A stretch of 64,000 nt of DNA from Felis catus (Eukaryota): the NCBI RefSeq assembly GCF_018350175.1, contig NC_058368.1, forward strand, positions 34,350,001 to 34,414,000. The letters run 5' to 3'. The notes under the pieces were generated by a model, which saw nothing but the letters and a program-made list of their open reading frames with translations, was not told the origin of the DNA and did not search any database. Shown piece by piece: positions 26,367 through 39,477 of this stretch. The position numbers were made by a program, and so were the translations under genes. Each line of letters starts with the position of its first letter. Position 1 is the first letter of the stretch.

Positions 26367-26558
26367 GGGGTGCCTGGATAGCTCAGTTGGTTAAGTGTCT
26401 GACTTTTGACTTTAGCTCAGGTTATGATCTCATGGTTCTTGTGTTCAAGCCCTGTGCCAGGCTCTGAGCTGACAGGAAGGAGCTTGCTGGAGATTCTCTC
26501 TGCACCTCCCCTGCTCTCTCTCTCTCTCAAAAATAAATAAATAAACATTCATAAAAAA
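26367..26558 (+). mobile_element. Can-SINE
   Basis: TSD tagttcttccaca. Confidence 0.93.
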
Positions 26559-26788
26559 GGTAGTTCTTCCACATATGTCTTAGGCTTTTTATGATCTGAT
26601 TGAGAACCTTACTATGATTAAAAGGAGAAATTTTTTTTACGTAAGAAGAGGGGAGGGGATGCAAAACAGAATAAGAAAGATGGAAGTTAACATGCATGTA
26701 TTCATTCTTGTATCTTAATTATTATTAATAAATAATATACTTAAGATTGCATAAATCATAACACTTAATATAGACGAGTTTAAATTAC

Positions 26789-26885
26789 TACATCATTGCA
26801 AATCCCACTTAATGTATGTGTTTTCATATTCCCCAAAATATTCAACTATAGGTCTGGTTAATTCAGGAAAGGGTATTTTTTTTTT
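26789..26885 (-). pseudogene. Exon candidate, about 97 nt
   Basis: attctttttcaatgtaccag| then KKKIPFPELTRPIVEYFGEYENTYIKWDLQ*. Donor uncertain. Confidence 0.4.
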
Positions 26886-26927
26886 CTGGTACATTGAAAA
26901 AGAATTTTGAAAAGATAGATCAATCTT

Positions 26928-27149
26928 TTTTTTAAAATTTTTTAATTTTTTTTTTAATTTTTGAGAGAGAGAGAGACAGAGAATTAGCAGGGGAGGGTCA
27001 GAGAGAGAGGGAGACACAGAATTCGAAGCAAGTTCCAGGCTCTGAGCCATCAGAACAGAGCCTGACGCGGGGCTCAAACTCATGAACCGTGAGATCATGA
27101 CCTGAGCCAAAGTCGGATGCTCAACCGACTGGAGCCACCCAGGTGCCCC
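26928..27149 (-). mobile_element. Can-SINE
   Basis: Perfect TSD aagatagatcaatcttt. Confidence 0.96.
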
Positions 27150-28209
27150 AAGATAGATCAATCTTTAAAATTTAATGCAGATTATCCAGTTATCTGCAAA
27201 GTGATTACTGAAAAATAAGGACTTCACGAGGAGCATTTTCTCAGGATGTACAATGGTTAAGGAAATGTACTAGAAAGAGAAAAATTTGTGGCTCTGCTTA
27301 GCAGATTCAGTTGAGACCATACTTACAAGTATGCATTTATTTGATTTCACTTTTAGATTAACTTTCATCTCCTCTACTAATCTGTGAGCTCCATGAGGAT
27401 AATCTGTTCAGCATTTTATTCCCCCTATCTAGCACATAGCCTAACCCTTACCTGAGACCCAATTCTTAAATAGTAAAAGAATTAATAAAGAAACTCTAAT
27501 ATAACTGGTTGCCCATTGTAAGGTGTGAATCATCATTGAAATAAATGGCCAGCATTGTGTAATATGTACCATTATTATTAGATGCCTATTAAGTGGACAT
27601 TTAAATGTGGTTACATGGTTATTCCTAGAAATTATGCAAATAGCCACATAAAGAGTAAAAGATCATATATCCAAACTAAATTAAAGTTATTGTTAAGTTG
27701 AATATACATGTATACAGAAGGCTAAAGAGACGTCTTAAGGATGGAGGGAGTCTCTAAAGATAATAAAGATAACTTTTGAGGTTTGCAAAACTGTGGTATT
27801 ATAATAGCAAGCAGAAAGCTAAGGTAAAAAGTTTGAGATAGATAAGTAGTAATATTTCCAGCCATAATAAAATGATTTGGCTACATGATTATAAGAAGTT
27901 TATTAGAATTTAAGCTATGTAAATTTAGGGACATCATCCATACTGATTTTCATTTCTGCCGAAACTGGAAGGAAATCTGGCAGGCATTAGGTGCAGAATA
28001 AATATTTGTTGAGTCAATTAATTAAATTGCTCTGCCTTGCACATTCCTTTAGTTGGATTTCCTCAATTTAGAAAAAGAAGCTTAACTATAATATATATGT
28101 TTTATAAGTATATATTACATATTTAAGTGTATATAGTTTTATATATAAATATACATAGCTTAAGTTATAGCATATGACTAATATTTAATATTAAAATTAA
28201 TACACTTAC

Positions 28210-28608
28210 ATTTTATTTCTCTATCTCATTCTTGTTACACTAATTTCAACTTTTTAAAGTTGTTGATTTTGTTTATTACTCTATGGATAAACCTTATGAA
28301 TCAATTAATCCCTTTTCCTACATATATTTTTACTCCCTTGGGCAATGAAAGGGGTTAATGATATGAAGATTTCAAGATATGAATTCCAATACGCATCACA
28401 CATTAGGAAAACAAATATTAAAATGTAAATATCATGCAATACCAAATTGTACCCCCTGAATATTCCCATAAATATGTATTTAAAACACATTTCTCCAAGT
28501 AAGTCAATAATTATAAACTTCTTTATAGACACAGTGGTCCTGTAATAGACTCATCTCACAATCTGTAACACTATTCAATCTCTATTCTCCACAGGTAAAG
28601 GATTCCAT
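28210..28608 (-). pseudogene. Large decayed exon candidate, boundaries uncertain
   Basis: tttgcttactttccaaacttattaag| ... AAAT|gtaagt. Contains the 75-codon open stretch VSIKKFIIIDLLGEMCFKYIFMGIFRGY...FVFLMCDAYWNSYLEIF. Confidence 0.35.
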
Positions 28609-29970
28609 CTTAATAAGTTTGGAAAGTAAGCAAAGGATGTTTTAAAAAAAGAATTGGGTTTTTAAAGACAAGAGTACAACTTCTAATTTTAAATTTAGAC
28701 TTTATAAACATTTGGGAAATTAGGTAAAAGTCATCCTTATCTAAATAAATTTATATCTTCTGGACCAAAATAGATGATAACCCTAAACTTATTCTAAAAG
28801 TATGGATTATTTTCTCTTGTTATCCTTTTTTATTTATTTTAGGCATACTTGCTGCAGGTAATTTTCTGGGGGAGGACTGAGCAGTGAGATTATATTCTTA
28901 GGAGAGTCCAGAAACCCTCAATAGCTGCTGGATGTGCAAAAACTTTTGCTGAGGTGCCTGCAGTGATGACTAAAGCTGACAACAGGTGCCATTAAGCACT
29001 AATCCCTAGATCCCTTACACTGAGTCCTGGCTCCTAAATTCAAATCAGTGGATATTCCTTGCTTGTTTAATTTTGTTTTAGAAACTTCTTCAGCCCTAGA
29101 TATTTTTATTCATTAAATAAATTTTGCTGGCTACCTCTAGATATATCAGGCACTACATTCACTGGTAACTCACCAACATGAACAAAACAGTCCTTAAAGA
29201 TAAGGAGTTAATAGATTTGTAGGAGGTAGATAGGAAAATAGACAACTATAAAACAATGTATAAGTTAGTATAGAGTTGGTTACAGGGGAAATTAACGGAA
29301 ATTAATGGAAAGTGACACATTTCAGGTTCATCGGTAGTGGGAGAACCTAGGAAGACAAGGGCAAGTAAGACATCTTAAAACCTAAACTGAGTCTGATACT
29401 TAAGAAATGAACAGTAATGAACCTGGATAAGGGGAAGTAGGAAAGATTTCTAGAAAGAGTGGATAGCATGAAAAAAAAGGACAGAAGAGAAAGAGATAAA
29501 CTTTATCTTCTGTCATTTTGAAAGAAAGAGATTTTTCTTTTCAATTCAAGATAAATGTCAAATAATTTGGTAGGCTTTATAAATTATCAACTAATCCAAT
29601 GACTATTTACAGATTCACACAATGAATGCATTCATCTTAAACACATTTATGGAGTGCCTACTCTGACTCAGATATTGTACTAGCGGTGTGATTAGAGTCC
29701 TAAACAAGACTGACAAGTCCCTGCCATCCTGGGGCTTGCATTTGAGAGAGAGTGACAGATAATACAATAAACAAGCAATTCAATCATATTTAATGGTAGT
29801 GGAGGGTTCTTTAGATTCAGCAGCACGCACTGGACCTTAAGACACATGCCAAGCTAAGAGCCACAGAAGGAATATTCCAGTCATGGAAAAGGACAACCAA
29901 AACCCCTGAGACATAAATAATCATGTTGTATTAGCAGTAATGCTCAGATTTTAGCATACATCAAATCACA

Positions 29971-30406
29971 TGTGTTGTATAATTGAAATTTGCTAAGAGA
30001 GTAGAATTAAGTGCTTTCTCTCTCTTATACACACACAGATATATGAGGTGATGAAGTATAGATTAAATCAATGTGTGTCTTGTGGGGGGGGGCGTCCTTT
30101 CACCATGCATATGCATATCAGATCATCACATTGTACACTTTAATTATTGTGTATTTTTTTTTGTTTATTTATTTATTTTAAGAGAGAGAGAAAGAGAGAG
30201 AGAGAGCAAGTGCACACTAGCAGGTGAGGGGCAGAGAGACAGAATCCCAAGCAGGCTCCATGCTGACAGTGCAGAGCCCAACACGGGGCTCAAACCCATA
30301 ACCTGAGATGAAATCAAGAGTCAGACAACTTAACTGTCTGAGTCACCCAGGCGCCCCCTATTTTGTACTTTTATTTGTTAATTATACCTTAGTAAAACTG
30401 GGGAAA
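29971..30406 (+). mobile_element. L1MA-type 3' end
   Basis: gaaatttgctaagagagtaga, atcacattgtacac; ends ttataccttagtaaaactggggaaaa. Confidence 0.7.
30153..30358 (-). mobile_element. Can-SINE
   Basis: Reverse body; TSD-like tattgtgta/tattttgta. Confidence 0.9.
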
Positions 30407-32129
30407 AGATCATATGGAAGTCTGGCTAAAACCCGGTTGCTAGGTCTGTCACTTAGAGTTTCTGAGTCAGTAGACTTGGGAGAGACTAGAGAATTTGTAT
30501 TTCTGTAATAGTCCAGGGACTGACTATACTGGGAGAACCACTGGATTAGAGACCCTGAAAGAGGTCTATGTGGCTACTGTGTTGGAGGAGAGTTTTATAA
30601 GCTGAAAAGGATCAGAGTAAGTCCATAAACTGAAAGTGTACAGAGGAGTCAGATCACAAACACTCCCACTAACCACAATAGTTTGAGTTTAATCTAAATG
30701 CTATGAGAAGACACTGAAGGGTTTTCAGCAGGGTAGTATTATGACCTGATTTAAATTTCAAAAGTATCACTCTGGTTTCTACTAATAAAATGTATTGCAG
30801 TGTTGAAAGAGATCAAATAGAGAGACTTATAGAAAATCCCTATAGTAGTCTACATGAGAGACAATAGCTTTTTGTACAAGGAACATGTCAGCAGAAATGA
30901 ATTTGCTAAAAGAACTAATGTGGGGATTGACCAAAAGGGAGAATTCAAGAATGACTCTTAAGTTTGGGGGCTGAGCACCTAGTGGCTCTATTAATGGAGA
31001 AAGAGTAATAATAGAAAAGTTTAATGAAAGGTTCTCTTACATTGTTAATATTGTGGGACTATGACCGCATTTTGAGTAGCCCTGGTTTAGATGTTGTGTA
31101 GAGAAATATAAAGATGATTGATTACCTGACGGAGGAGATTTAGTTCATAGATGTTGATAGGATCCTGGTTTTAGTTGTCCAAAGAAGAAATGAGGAAAGT
31201 AAGTAACTGAAGAAAATACATGTTGGTAAAACTTTCAAGATGATTTTTAGGGAAAAAAAGAACTTGGACTAGTAACTAGAGGAAATTGTGGATTCATTGC
31301 AGAGTTTTTAGTTGAGAGATACCAGAATTAATTTATGTATTTGTGGAAGTGGTCAGCAGAGTAGGAATGAGTGGCGTATGGTGTGAAAGAAGGAACGAAA
31401 TCACTGGAGATTGTTTTAGAGAATGGAATCCAAACACAAGTGGAGACTTTTCTTTGATAGAATTAATGTCATTAGTTTTCTCGAAACTGGAATCCAGATG
31501 GAGAATATGCTGAAGGATGATATTAGGCTTTTTAGGAGAATTAAAAGTTTATCCATTTGTTCTCCATTTTCTCAGTAGTATAGAATGCAAGGCTATCAGT
31601 TGAGAAAAGATGAAAGAGATAAAATTTGAAATAATTATCTTGGATATTAGGTAAAATTCTTTTGGAATTTTCAAAGGATTTCATGGCAGTATTGAGCATG
31701 TGAACATGGAGTCATGAATTTAGGTTGAACACGTAGCCAGTATTCATTTACCCCAAAATTTCAATTACTGAAATGAAGGCCCAGAGAGGAAGAGAATTGA
31801 TTTATATCAGAGGAAGGGTTTTGCTTGCAGTAGAACAGAGGAAATGAAAGGAAAAGGAATTGAAATCTATGTAAGGATAGGATTATAGTATTATACCATG
31901 GAATATAAGCTGGCAAAGTGAGAAACGATGACTAGAATAAAAAGTTAGTAGTAGTTGATAGGTCAATGGATCAGGAGTTGTATGAGCAGTTGAACAATTG
32001 CCTTGGTATCAGATAGAGTCAGAAGCCTGAAATATCAAATATACCTTTGATAAATATGTTGTCCATGTAATAAATGGTTTGTTTTGAAATACATTTTACC
32101 TTCTTCCAAAGTTCTAAGATAGGCCTTAC

Positions 32130-32186
32130 CACATTTCAAATGCAGCATATAAAACCATGATGTGGGGACATAGATTTTGGGGATTG
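32130..32186 (-). pseudogene. Exon candidate, 57 nt, acceptor apparently mutated (AG to AA)
   Basis: ttttcttctgtttttctcttctgtaa|CAATCCC...ATGTG|gtaagg. Reads NPQNLCPHIMVLYAAFEM(W/C), like the helix entering an EF-hand loop. Confidence 0.5.
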
Positions 32187-32989
32187 TTACAGAAGAGAAA
32201 AACAGAAGAAAACAAACAAACAGAGAAATAGGGAAAGGAACAAAAGACTAATTTATTTTTTAACATTATTTAGTCATAAAAGTTTATTTTATACATTTTG
32301 TGTTCACCATATTTAATATTTTAACTATCCTCAGATAAATATTTTATCAGTCCCCTTAGTGGAGCAGGACAGCAAATAAATGCAGAGTATAGGTATATCT
32401 GTACCTTATTTACCATTTAATATGTATATAATTAAGCATAAAATTTAACTGTGCTTGTTCATTAGTGCAAATTATAATCAATTTGATGAACTCTTCTTGT
32501 CTCTCTTAATTTCTAAGATAGAAGGTCCTCTTGGGTTTTATTATCTGTAGTTTCTGAAAAGTCTTAAATACCAATAATACAAGATTGGTGAGTAAATGCT
32601 GTTAAACCTTTATTGTTAAGTGATTTGAACCATGACAAATGACATTGTTGAAGTACAATTATTTACATGAAAATATTGTCATGATTCATTGTTGAGAGAC
32701 AAAAATATCAGCTTGAAAAACACTACCTTAAGTATAAATTCAATTTTTTAAATGTTTACTACATTCTGTGTATGAATGTACATAAGCACTCAGGGAATAA
32801 TTTGGATACACACATATAATTAACAGTCATTATCTCTAGGTAATGTAATATTGATTTAGTACTCTCTTTTTATGCTGTATTTTCTATTTTCTCCAATAAA
32901 CATGTGTTACTTAAAAAATTTTGCAAGTTTATTTCTAAATCTTAAAAATAAGGAATTTGGAAAGCAGTTCTTCTCAAAAGATGTTATAT

Positions 32990-33148
32990 TCCAGCAATAG
33001 CTCTATTTGGTATTCACCTAAAGGATACAAAAACACTAATTCAAAAGGATACACGAACCCTGATGTTTATAGCAGTATTATCAACAATAGTCAAATTATG
33101 GAAATGGCCCAAACGTCCATTGACTAATGAAAGGATAAGGAAGATGTG

Positions 33149-33197
<49 letters not shown>

Positions 33198-33595
33198 GGA
33201 ATATTACTCAGCCATAACAAAGAATGAAATCTTGCCATTTGCAATAGCATGGACAAAGCTAGACAGTATTATGCTAAGCAAAGTAAGTCAGTCAGAGAAA
33301 GATCAAATCCGTATGATCTCACTCATATGTGGAATTTAAGAAATAAAACAAATGATCATGGGGGGAAAAGATAGGCAAGCCAAGAAACAGATTCTTAACA
33401 GAGAACAAATTGATGGTTATCAGAGGGGAGGTAGTGGGGGAATGGGTAAAATAGGTGATGAGGATTAAGGAGTGCACTTGTGATGAGCACCGAGTGATTT
33501 ATGGAAGTGTCGAATCACTAAATTGTACACCTGAAACTAATATTGCACTATATGTTAACTAACTGGAATTTAAATAAAAACGAAAAAAAAAAAGA
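32990..33595 (+). mobile_element. Carnivore L1 3' end with internal (TA)n at 33155-33195
   Basis: MEYYSAITKNEILPFA translation; ends aactggaatttaaataaaaa followed by an A tail. Confidence 0.92.
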
Positions 33596-33608
33596 CTATA
33601 TTCCTCAC

Positions 33609-33659
33609 CTCACTTTGATCTTCATATATTACATGGGGTGCCTTGCTCCCCACGCCATG
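33609..33659 (-). pseudogene. Exon candidate, 51 nt
   Basis: aatttgtgttgattag|CATGGCG...GTGAG|gtgagg. Phase 0 reads HGVGSKAPHVIYEDQSE. Confidence 0.35.
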
Positions 33660-33786
33660 CTAATCAACACAAATTTTATATCCACATTGAAAATTACTAT
33701 TCAATTAGAAACTACTAAATATATGTGAATATCTCTTTTAAGGACAGAAATGATTTCTCATGGGAAAAACTCTTATGTATGAATAC

Positions 33787-33840
33787 TTTCCATTCCATAT
33801 TTCTTGTTCAGCTTCTAGAATTATCTTTCTGTTACCTTTT
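33787..33840 (-). pseudogene. Exon candidate, 54 nt
   Basis: gtcatttccttaaatattttag|AAAAGG...GGAAA|gtattc. Phase 2-2 reads KGNRKIILEAEQEIWNG. The donor is weak. Confidence 0.4.
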
Positions 33841-33927
33841 CTAAAATATTTAAGGAAATGACAATCACTGAGACAAAAATAGTGAGCTGACTGAACGGAT
33901 TTTCTTATCTATGAAAAAAGAAATAAT

Positions 33928-34140
33928 GGGGCTCCTGGGTGATGTAGTCGGTTAAGCGCCCGACTTCAGCCAGGTCACGATCTCGCGGTCCGGGAGTTTG
34001 AGCCTGCGTCAGGCTCTGGGCTGATGGCTCAGAGCCTGGAGCCTGTTTCCGATTCTGTGTCTCCCTCTCTCTCTGGCCCTCCCCCATTCATGCTCTGTCT
34101 CTCTCTGTCCCAAAAATAAATAAACGTTGAAAAAAAAAAA
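33928..34140 (+). mobile_element. Young-type feline Can-SINE
   Basis: TSD aaaaaagaaata(a/t)t. Confidence 0.95.
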
Positions 34141-34680
34141 AAGAAATATTAACATACAGCATCCCAATAAATTCTACTGTATAAATGAGATGTTCTTTTA
34201 TTTGTTTTTTTTTCACTTTACTGAATATTTTGTTTGTTTGTTTCCTTCCCTTTTTCTGATTGTATCCTGTTGTCATTCCATTTTATCACTAGACTGGTAC
34301 CTTAGAATTATTCCACAAAATCTATGATCATCCTGTATCTTAATTTCTTAGTACCAAATTAATCTTATATGATTCATTTTAGTCATAATGCTTCAAAGCC
34401 CACTTTTAGTCATTGGGACTTCTATTTTGGCTCACAGAATGAGCCAAAAATCTTTGATTCCCCAAAACTACCCTAGTACAGCTTGTGATAATATTTTTAA
34501 TTAAAAGTTGCAGCTCTTGATCATAGAGATTTTATTTTTAAAGTAATTCAATCCTTTTTTTTTCCAATCAATTCTATAGGATTTGGAAACATACATAAAA
34601 GCACCAAGTTATTCATAAAAAATTATTTTATAAATTCATATTCTCTTTATATTTATTATTTCAGCCCAGATTTGCCTTAC

Positions 34681-34794
34681 GTAGCATAACTTTGACCTAA
34701 AACATCTATCCTTCCCCACAAAAGTTGTCTACTACCCGTAATTTTATCACTCCAAGAAGCTTATCAATATATTAACCCACAAAATGATCTCTTC
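34681..34794 (-). pseudogene. Exon candidate, 114 nt, stops in all frames
   Basis: ttgaaatttcctcttaag|GAAGAGATC...GCTAC|gtaagg. Fragments RDHFVG*YIDKLLGVIKLRVVDNF and GRIDVLGQSYA lie in different frames. Confidence 0.5.
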
Positions 34795-35049
34795 CTTAAG
34801 AGGAAATTTCAATGATAATAAAACACAATACTACTTATAATTATCAATCAATGGGAACAAGAGTAAATGAGCTTGCTGCCTTTAATGTTTTAAAAGTTGA
34901 TGTATCAGACCATTCTCACACACGCGCGCGTGCACACACACACAGATGTTCCTAACAACAATAGATAGCCCTGAAAATTAGTTTCTGTCCCTGAAAGAGG
35001 TATCCAGAAAGGTTTGAGCAGGAGCCCCTGTAGCAAAGAAGAATGAAGC

Positions 35050-36300
35050 AGGACAGAACAGTATTGCAAGAGCTCTGAAAATTAGTCATTGGAAATACAA
35101 TCATTGGAAATATAGCCTATCACAATATTTCTGCTAACTTCACATAGAATAGAATCAAATATTTTGTAACATAATAATCAAAATATTCAGGATGAAATAA
35201 AAAGTCACTTATATCAAGAAATAGGAAAACCACAATTTGAATGAGCACAGAGAATCAACTGATGCCAATACTGAGATGTACTAGATGTTGCAATCACCTG
35301 ATCATAATTTAAATAGTATCACAAAGATATACTTGTATAAATGTTTGAAACAAATGAAATAATAGAAAACCTCAGCAATGATGTAGAAGTTTAAAAATGA
35401 CTAAAAGAAAATCATAGCAATAAAAAATATAATGGAAATAAAATCTCAACAGGTGGATATTGAGATGATAACAACCTACAGATTGGAAGGTAACATTTAA
35501 AAATTACACATCTAATAGAGATTTCGTACCTGAAATATTTTTTTAAAGTGTTTAATGTTTATTTATTTTGAGAGAGAGAGTAAGGCAGCAGCAGAAAGAG
35601 ACGGAGAGAGAGAGAGAATCCCAAGCAGGCTCTGCACTGACAGCTCAGAGCCTGACATGGAGCTTAAACTCATGAACCATGAGATCATGACCTGATCTGT
35701 AATCAAGAGTCGAATGCTTAGCTGACTGAGCCACCCAGGTGCCCCAGTATCTAAAATAATTTTTCTAAAAACTCTCAAAATTCAACAGTAGGAAAGAAAA
35801 AATCCATTAGAAAATGTGCCAACGATGTCAGCAGACATTTCACCAAAGAGGATGTACAGAGGCCAAATAAGTACATGAAAATGTGTAACGTCATTAGTGA
35901 TTAAGCAAATGTACACTAAAACCACAATATACCTATAGGAGTAGCTGAAATAAGAAATAGCTACAACACCAAAGGCGGTTGAGGATGCAGAAAAAGTCAC
36001 TCACTCACTCACTCATTGCTGGTGGAATGTAAAATGGTACAGCTGCAATTGAAAACAGCTTGGGAGTTTCTCAGGGAACTATCCTGCAACCTGCCGTTCA
36101 CACTCTTGGGTATTTATCTCACAGAAACAAAATTTATGTTCACACAAAAACCTGTGCATGAATGTTCATAGCATTTTTTTAAGTTTCATTTAAATTCTAG
36201 TTTGTTACCATACAGGGTAATAGTAATTTCAGGTGTACAATATAGTGGTTCAACACTTCCATACACATACCTGGTATACGTTTATTGCAGCTTTATTTTC
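35050..36300 (+). mobile_element. Old L1 fragments (ORF1-like start and ORF2 end), with a short reverse L1 tail at about 36175-36270
   Basis: cagacatttcaccaaagagga, cattgctggtggaatgtaaaatggtacag, cacacaaaaacctg motifs. Confidence 0.7.
35537..35745 (-). mobile_element. Can-SINE
   Basis: Typical reverse body and head. Confidence 0.92.
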
Positions 36301-36634
36301 TTATAAAAAATACTTATTTTCAGTATTACCATATGTGATTCTGTCACTACTTATAAGAAATAAGGGACATGTTTCTATCAAAATCGCATAGTTGACCATG
36401 TTTAGCAATGGAGGCTAGAAAAATTTCAGTGCTCTTTGCATTATATCTCACACCCTTCCTTCTCCCAAGAGGCTACCGTGATAAAAACAAGAGAAATAGC
36501 AAATTTTGAGCCTCTTCTTTCAGGACTCAACTTCAATAGTTAATATGTTAAAAACAATTGGCAAAGTTTGGAAGTTCAAAGGCATTTTTGTTTGTTTACT
36601 GGAGTTGAATATGGATATAAAAGACTGAATCACT

Positions 36635-36822
36635 GGGGCACCTGGGTGGCCCAGGTGGTTAAGCAACTGATCTCAGGCTCAAGTTATAATATCATGGTTT
36701 GTGAGTTCAAGCCCCTCATTCATCACAGAGCCTGCTTTAGATCCTTTGTCTCCTCCTCTCTCTGCCCCTCGCCCTGCATGTGCATGTGCTCTCTCTCAAA
36801 AATAAGTAAACATTAAAAAAAA
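36635..36822 (+). mobile_element. Can-SINE with internal deletion
   Basis: TSD actgaatcac. Confidence 0.9.
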
Positions 36823-37177
36823 ACTGAATCACCACGTGACTGAAAATATTCAGTAAAAATCTAGTTGCCCTGTCAATGTAAGGAAATATGGTATGGCAAG
36901 AAAAAGCAGAAGGGAATCATCAAAAACCATCCCAAAATATTATATAGGTGATCTCATCACAACCTGTTTAATATAGCCCTGAAATGACTCATATGTATTT
37001 CCCAGAATTGCTGATGACTATCTTGTGTTTGTATAGTTCTCTTTCAAAGGAGGTCAGAGCTCTGAAGACTTTAGTTGAGTCAGTCATGAGGGTCAGCACA
37101 TATTTACACGTTGGTATAATAGAACCAGGTGACTTCCATAAAATAATGTTATTAAAACCATCACTCTTCTACGATTT

Positions 37178-37668
37178 TTTTAAATATATGAAATTTATTG
37201 TCAAATTGGTTTCCATACAACACCCAGTGCTCATCCCAACAGGTGCCCTCCTCAATACTCATCACCCACCCTCCTCTCCCTCCCACCCCCCATCAGCCCT
37301 CAGTTTGTTCTCAGTTTTTAAGAGTCTCTTATGCTTTGGCTCTCTCCCATTCTAACCTCTTTTTTTTTCCTTCCTCCCCCCCATGGGTTCCTGTTAAGTT
37401 TCTCAGGATCCACATAAGAGTGAAAACGTATGGTATTTGTCTTTCTCTGTATGGCTTATTTCACTTAGCATCACACTCTCCAGTTCCATCCATGTTGCTA
37501 CAAAAGGCCATATTTCATTCTTTCTCATTGCCACGTAGTATTCCATTGTGTATATAAACCACAATTTCTTTATCCATTCATCAGTTGATGGACATTTAGG
37601 CTCTTTCCATAATTTGGCTATTGTTGAGAGTGCTGCTATAAACATTGGGGTATAAGTGCCCCTATGCA
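37178..37668 (-). mobile_element. Young feline L1, 5'-truncated
   Basis: Open translation TPMFIAALSTIAKLWKEPKCPSTDEWIKKLW followed by a G-rich 3' UTR and AATAAA. Confidence 0.95.
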
Positions 37669-38296
37669 TTTTTGATAAATCTTATAGTCACTGTGATTCA
37701 CGGGAAAAAAAATGGATAGGGTTTCCTTGCCAGGTACTGCTTTCTTTTTTACAAGTTGGGGCAAAATCATTCTAGTCGATATGTTTTTTAAAAAAATGGA
37801 AAAAAATTGTCAAAGATGTATTTATTAATCTTTATAAGGCACCTATCATTTAGCCTCAGAAATTTTGCAGCTGATTAATGGAACTTGGCCAGAGAAACCA
37901 GTAAATAAGTCCAATTTTTCATTCTTTTCCAGAATCACAAAACCTTTATGGATGTTTATATATGTACAGTGTTCCACAGGTGATTTTTTTTAAAGAATAC
38001 ATTCAGTGTGGTCACACAGTATACTATGAACTCCTAGGAAGAACTGTGGTAAAAATTTAATAGCAACACATTATTATGGTGATTATTATGCTTATTCTGA
38101 AGTTCTTAAGTAGAGGATTGAAGAATGCACATCTGATGGAACTTTTATTGCTCTAGCAATTTTGCTGGAACACTGAGGTCTTTTTTTAAAGGCCCTTAAA
38201 AACAGAATTTATGAAAAGATGAGTTCAAGGAAATGTCATTCTTTCGAAATACATTTCCTCAAGTTGCCATTTCATAAGTAAATTAGTTTTACTCAC

Positions 38297-38336
38297 TTGC
38301 TCTTTCCCCTTTTATTGTACAGGAAGTACTGTAAAC
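38297..38336 (-). pseudogene. Exon candidate, 40 nt
   Basis: atcattagcatacag|GTTTACAG...GAGCAA|gtgagt. Phase 1-2 reads LQYFLYNKRGKS. The acceptor is weak. Confidence 0.4.
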
Positions 38337-39250
38337 CTGTATGCTAATGATCACCAGTTACATAAATGATAAAATGAGAAACCATTATGTGACAAACAAA
38401 TAGCGGGACTAGTAGCTAGTAAATAACATTAGCCATTATACTCTATTTGCTGTTCCCAAAGTGTGACCTCCTAAGACAACCTTTGGAAATATGTTATCAT
38501 TTGGGAGGTTAATCATGTGCTAACAGCAATCCTTGGCAGAAAACATGATTTTGACACTACAGCTTTTGATGCTGCAACAATCTTGAAAGTATTGTAAATT
38601 CAACTTGAAATCACACAGGGCTAGTACTTATCTTTCTCATTGGATCTGTTGAATTCTAAAAGCTGGTCTGTTTTCAAAATGGCAGAGACAACAATTCTTA
38701 CATTTTCTGAGATGTTTTTCTGGGTATCAATTTGCCATTAATGGCTAATACTTAAATACAGTGATTGACCCAAGAAACACTGCTTCATTTTTCCTGACTG
38801 TGCATTCATAAACTTCCTTTACGATGAGTATATTTACATTCTCATATACATCACAAGTCTGCTGTGCTATTACAAAGGGATATTAAGCTTAGCATGCTAT
38901 AATATGTGAAACAAAAGAACACATTCATTATCTGTAATGTTAATAGGTTCAATGATTAATAGGAAAGAAAGAGAAGAATTTTAAGTTTCGATGTAGACAA
39001 AGAAGCAGATGACCTAAACAAGGTATTTTTATTCCTACTAGGAGATGTTAAACATTCTAAAAGACTGAAAACAAGGGATCACAATGAGGACATGGTGACT
39101 TAAAAATCATGAACCTAAATTTCTGCTCTGCTGTCAGGTCAAGATTAATAGAACTAAATAGCTCTATCAATATTGGATACAAAATTGGATATGATTATTC
39201 AATATAGTTTTGGAAGAGACTGGTGTTTATCTTTGAAAAAAAATACTTGG

Positions 39251-39470
39251 GGGGGGCACGTGGGTGGCTCAGTCAGTTGAGCCTCGAACTTCAGCTCAGG
39301 TCATGATCTCACACTCAGGGAGTTCGAGCCCCACATCGGCTCTGTGCTGACAGCTCAGAGCCTGGAGCCTGCTTCAGATTCTGTGTCTCCCTCTCTCTCG
39401 GTCCCTCCCCTGCTCATGCTCTGTCTCTCTCCGTCTCAAAAATAAATAAAAACATTTTAAAAAATTAAAA
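39251..39470 (+). mobile_element. Can-SINE (first of a tandem pair)
   Basis: Full head, body and tail. Confidence 0.95.
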
Positions 39471-39477
39471 CATTTAT

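Larger units (their letters stand above)
29935..30543. mobile_element. MER5A-like hAT DNA transposon, split by an L1 fragment
   Basis: cagtaatgctca...gagaaccactg termini; agagtttctgagtcagtag...agaatttgtatttct core. Confidence 0.65.
29100..32030 (-). mobile_element. L2 fragments hosting nested insertions
   Basis: cattcatc..aaacacatttatggagtgcctact, gaagggttttcagcaggg...atgacctgattt and gtagtctacatgagagac motifs. Confidence 0.6.

Noticed and set aside
27452..27464. 13-nt minus-strand microexon with strong sites
   Set aside because: It abuts an L2-like fragment and I could not place it in frame, so it is left unassigned.
28595..28857. Plus-strand mini-exon pair (cag|GTAAAG...GGAAA|gtaag and tag|GCATACTTGCTGCAG|gtaat)
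   Set aside because: The splice signals look fair, but no coherent plus-strand chain emerges and the first overlaps a minus-strand candidate. An antisense non-coding transcript cannot be excluded.
37931..37977. Plus-strand 47-nt exon-like segment
   Set aside because: Isolated; such motif pairs are expected by chance in 64 kb.
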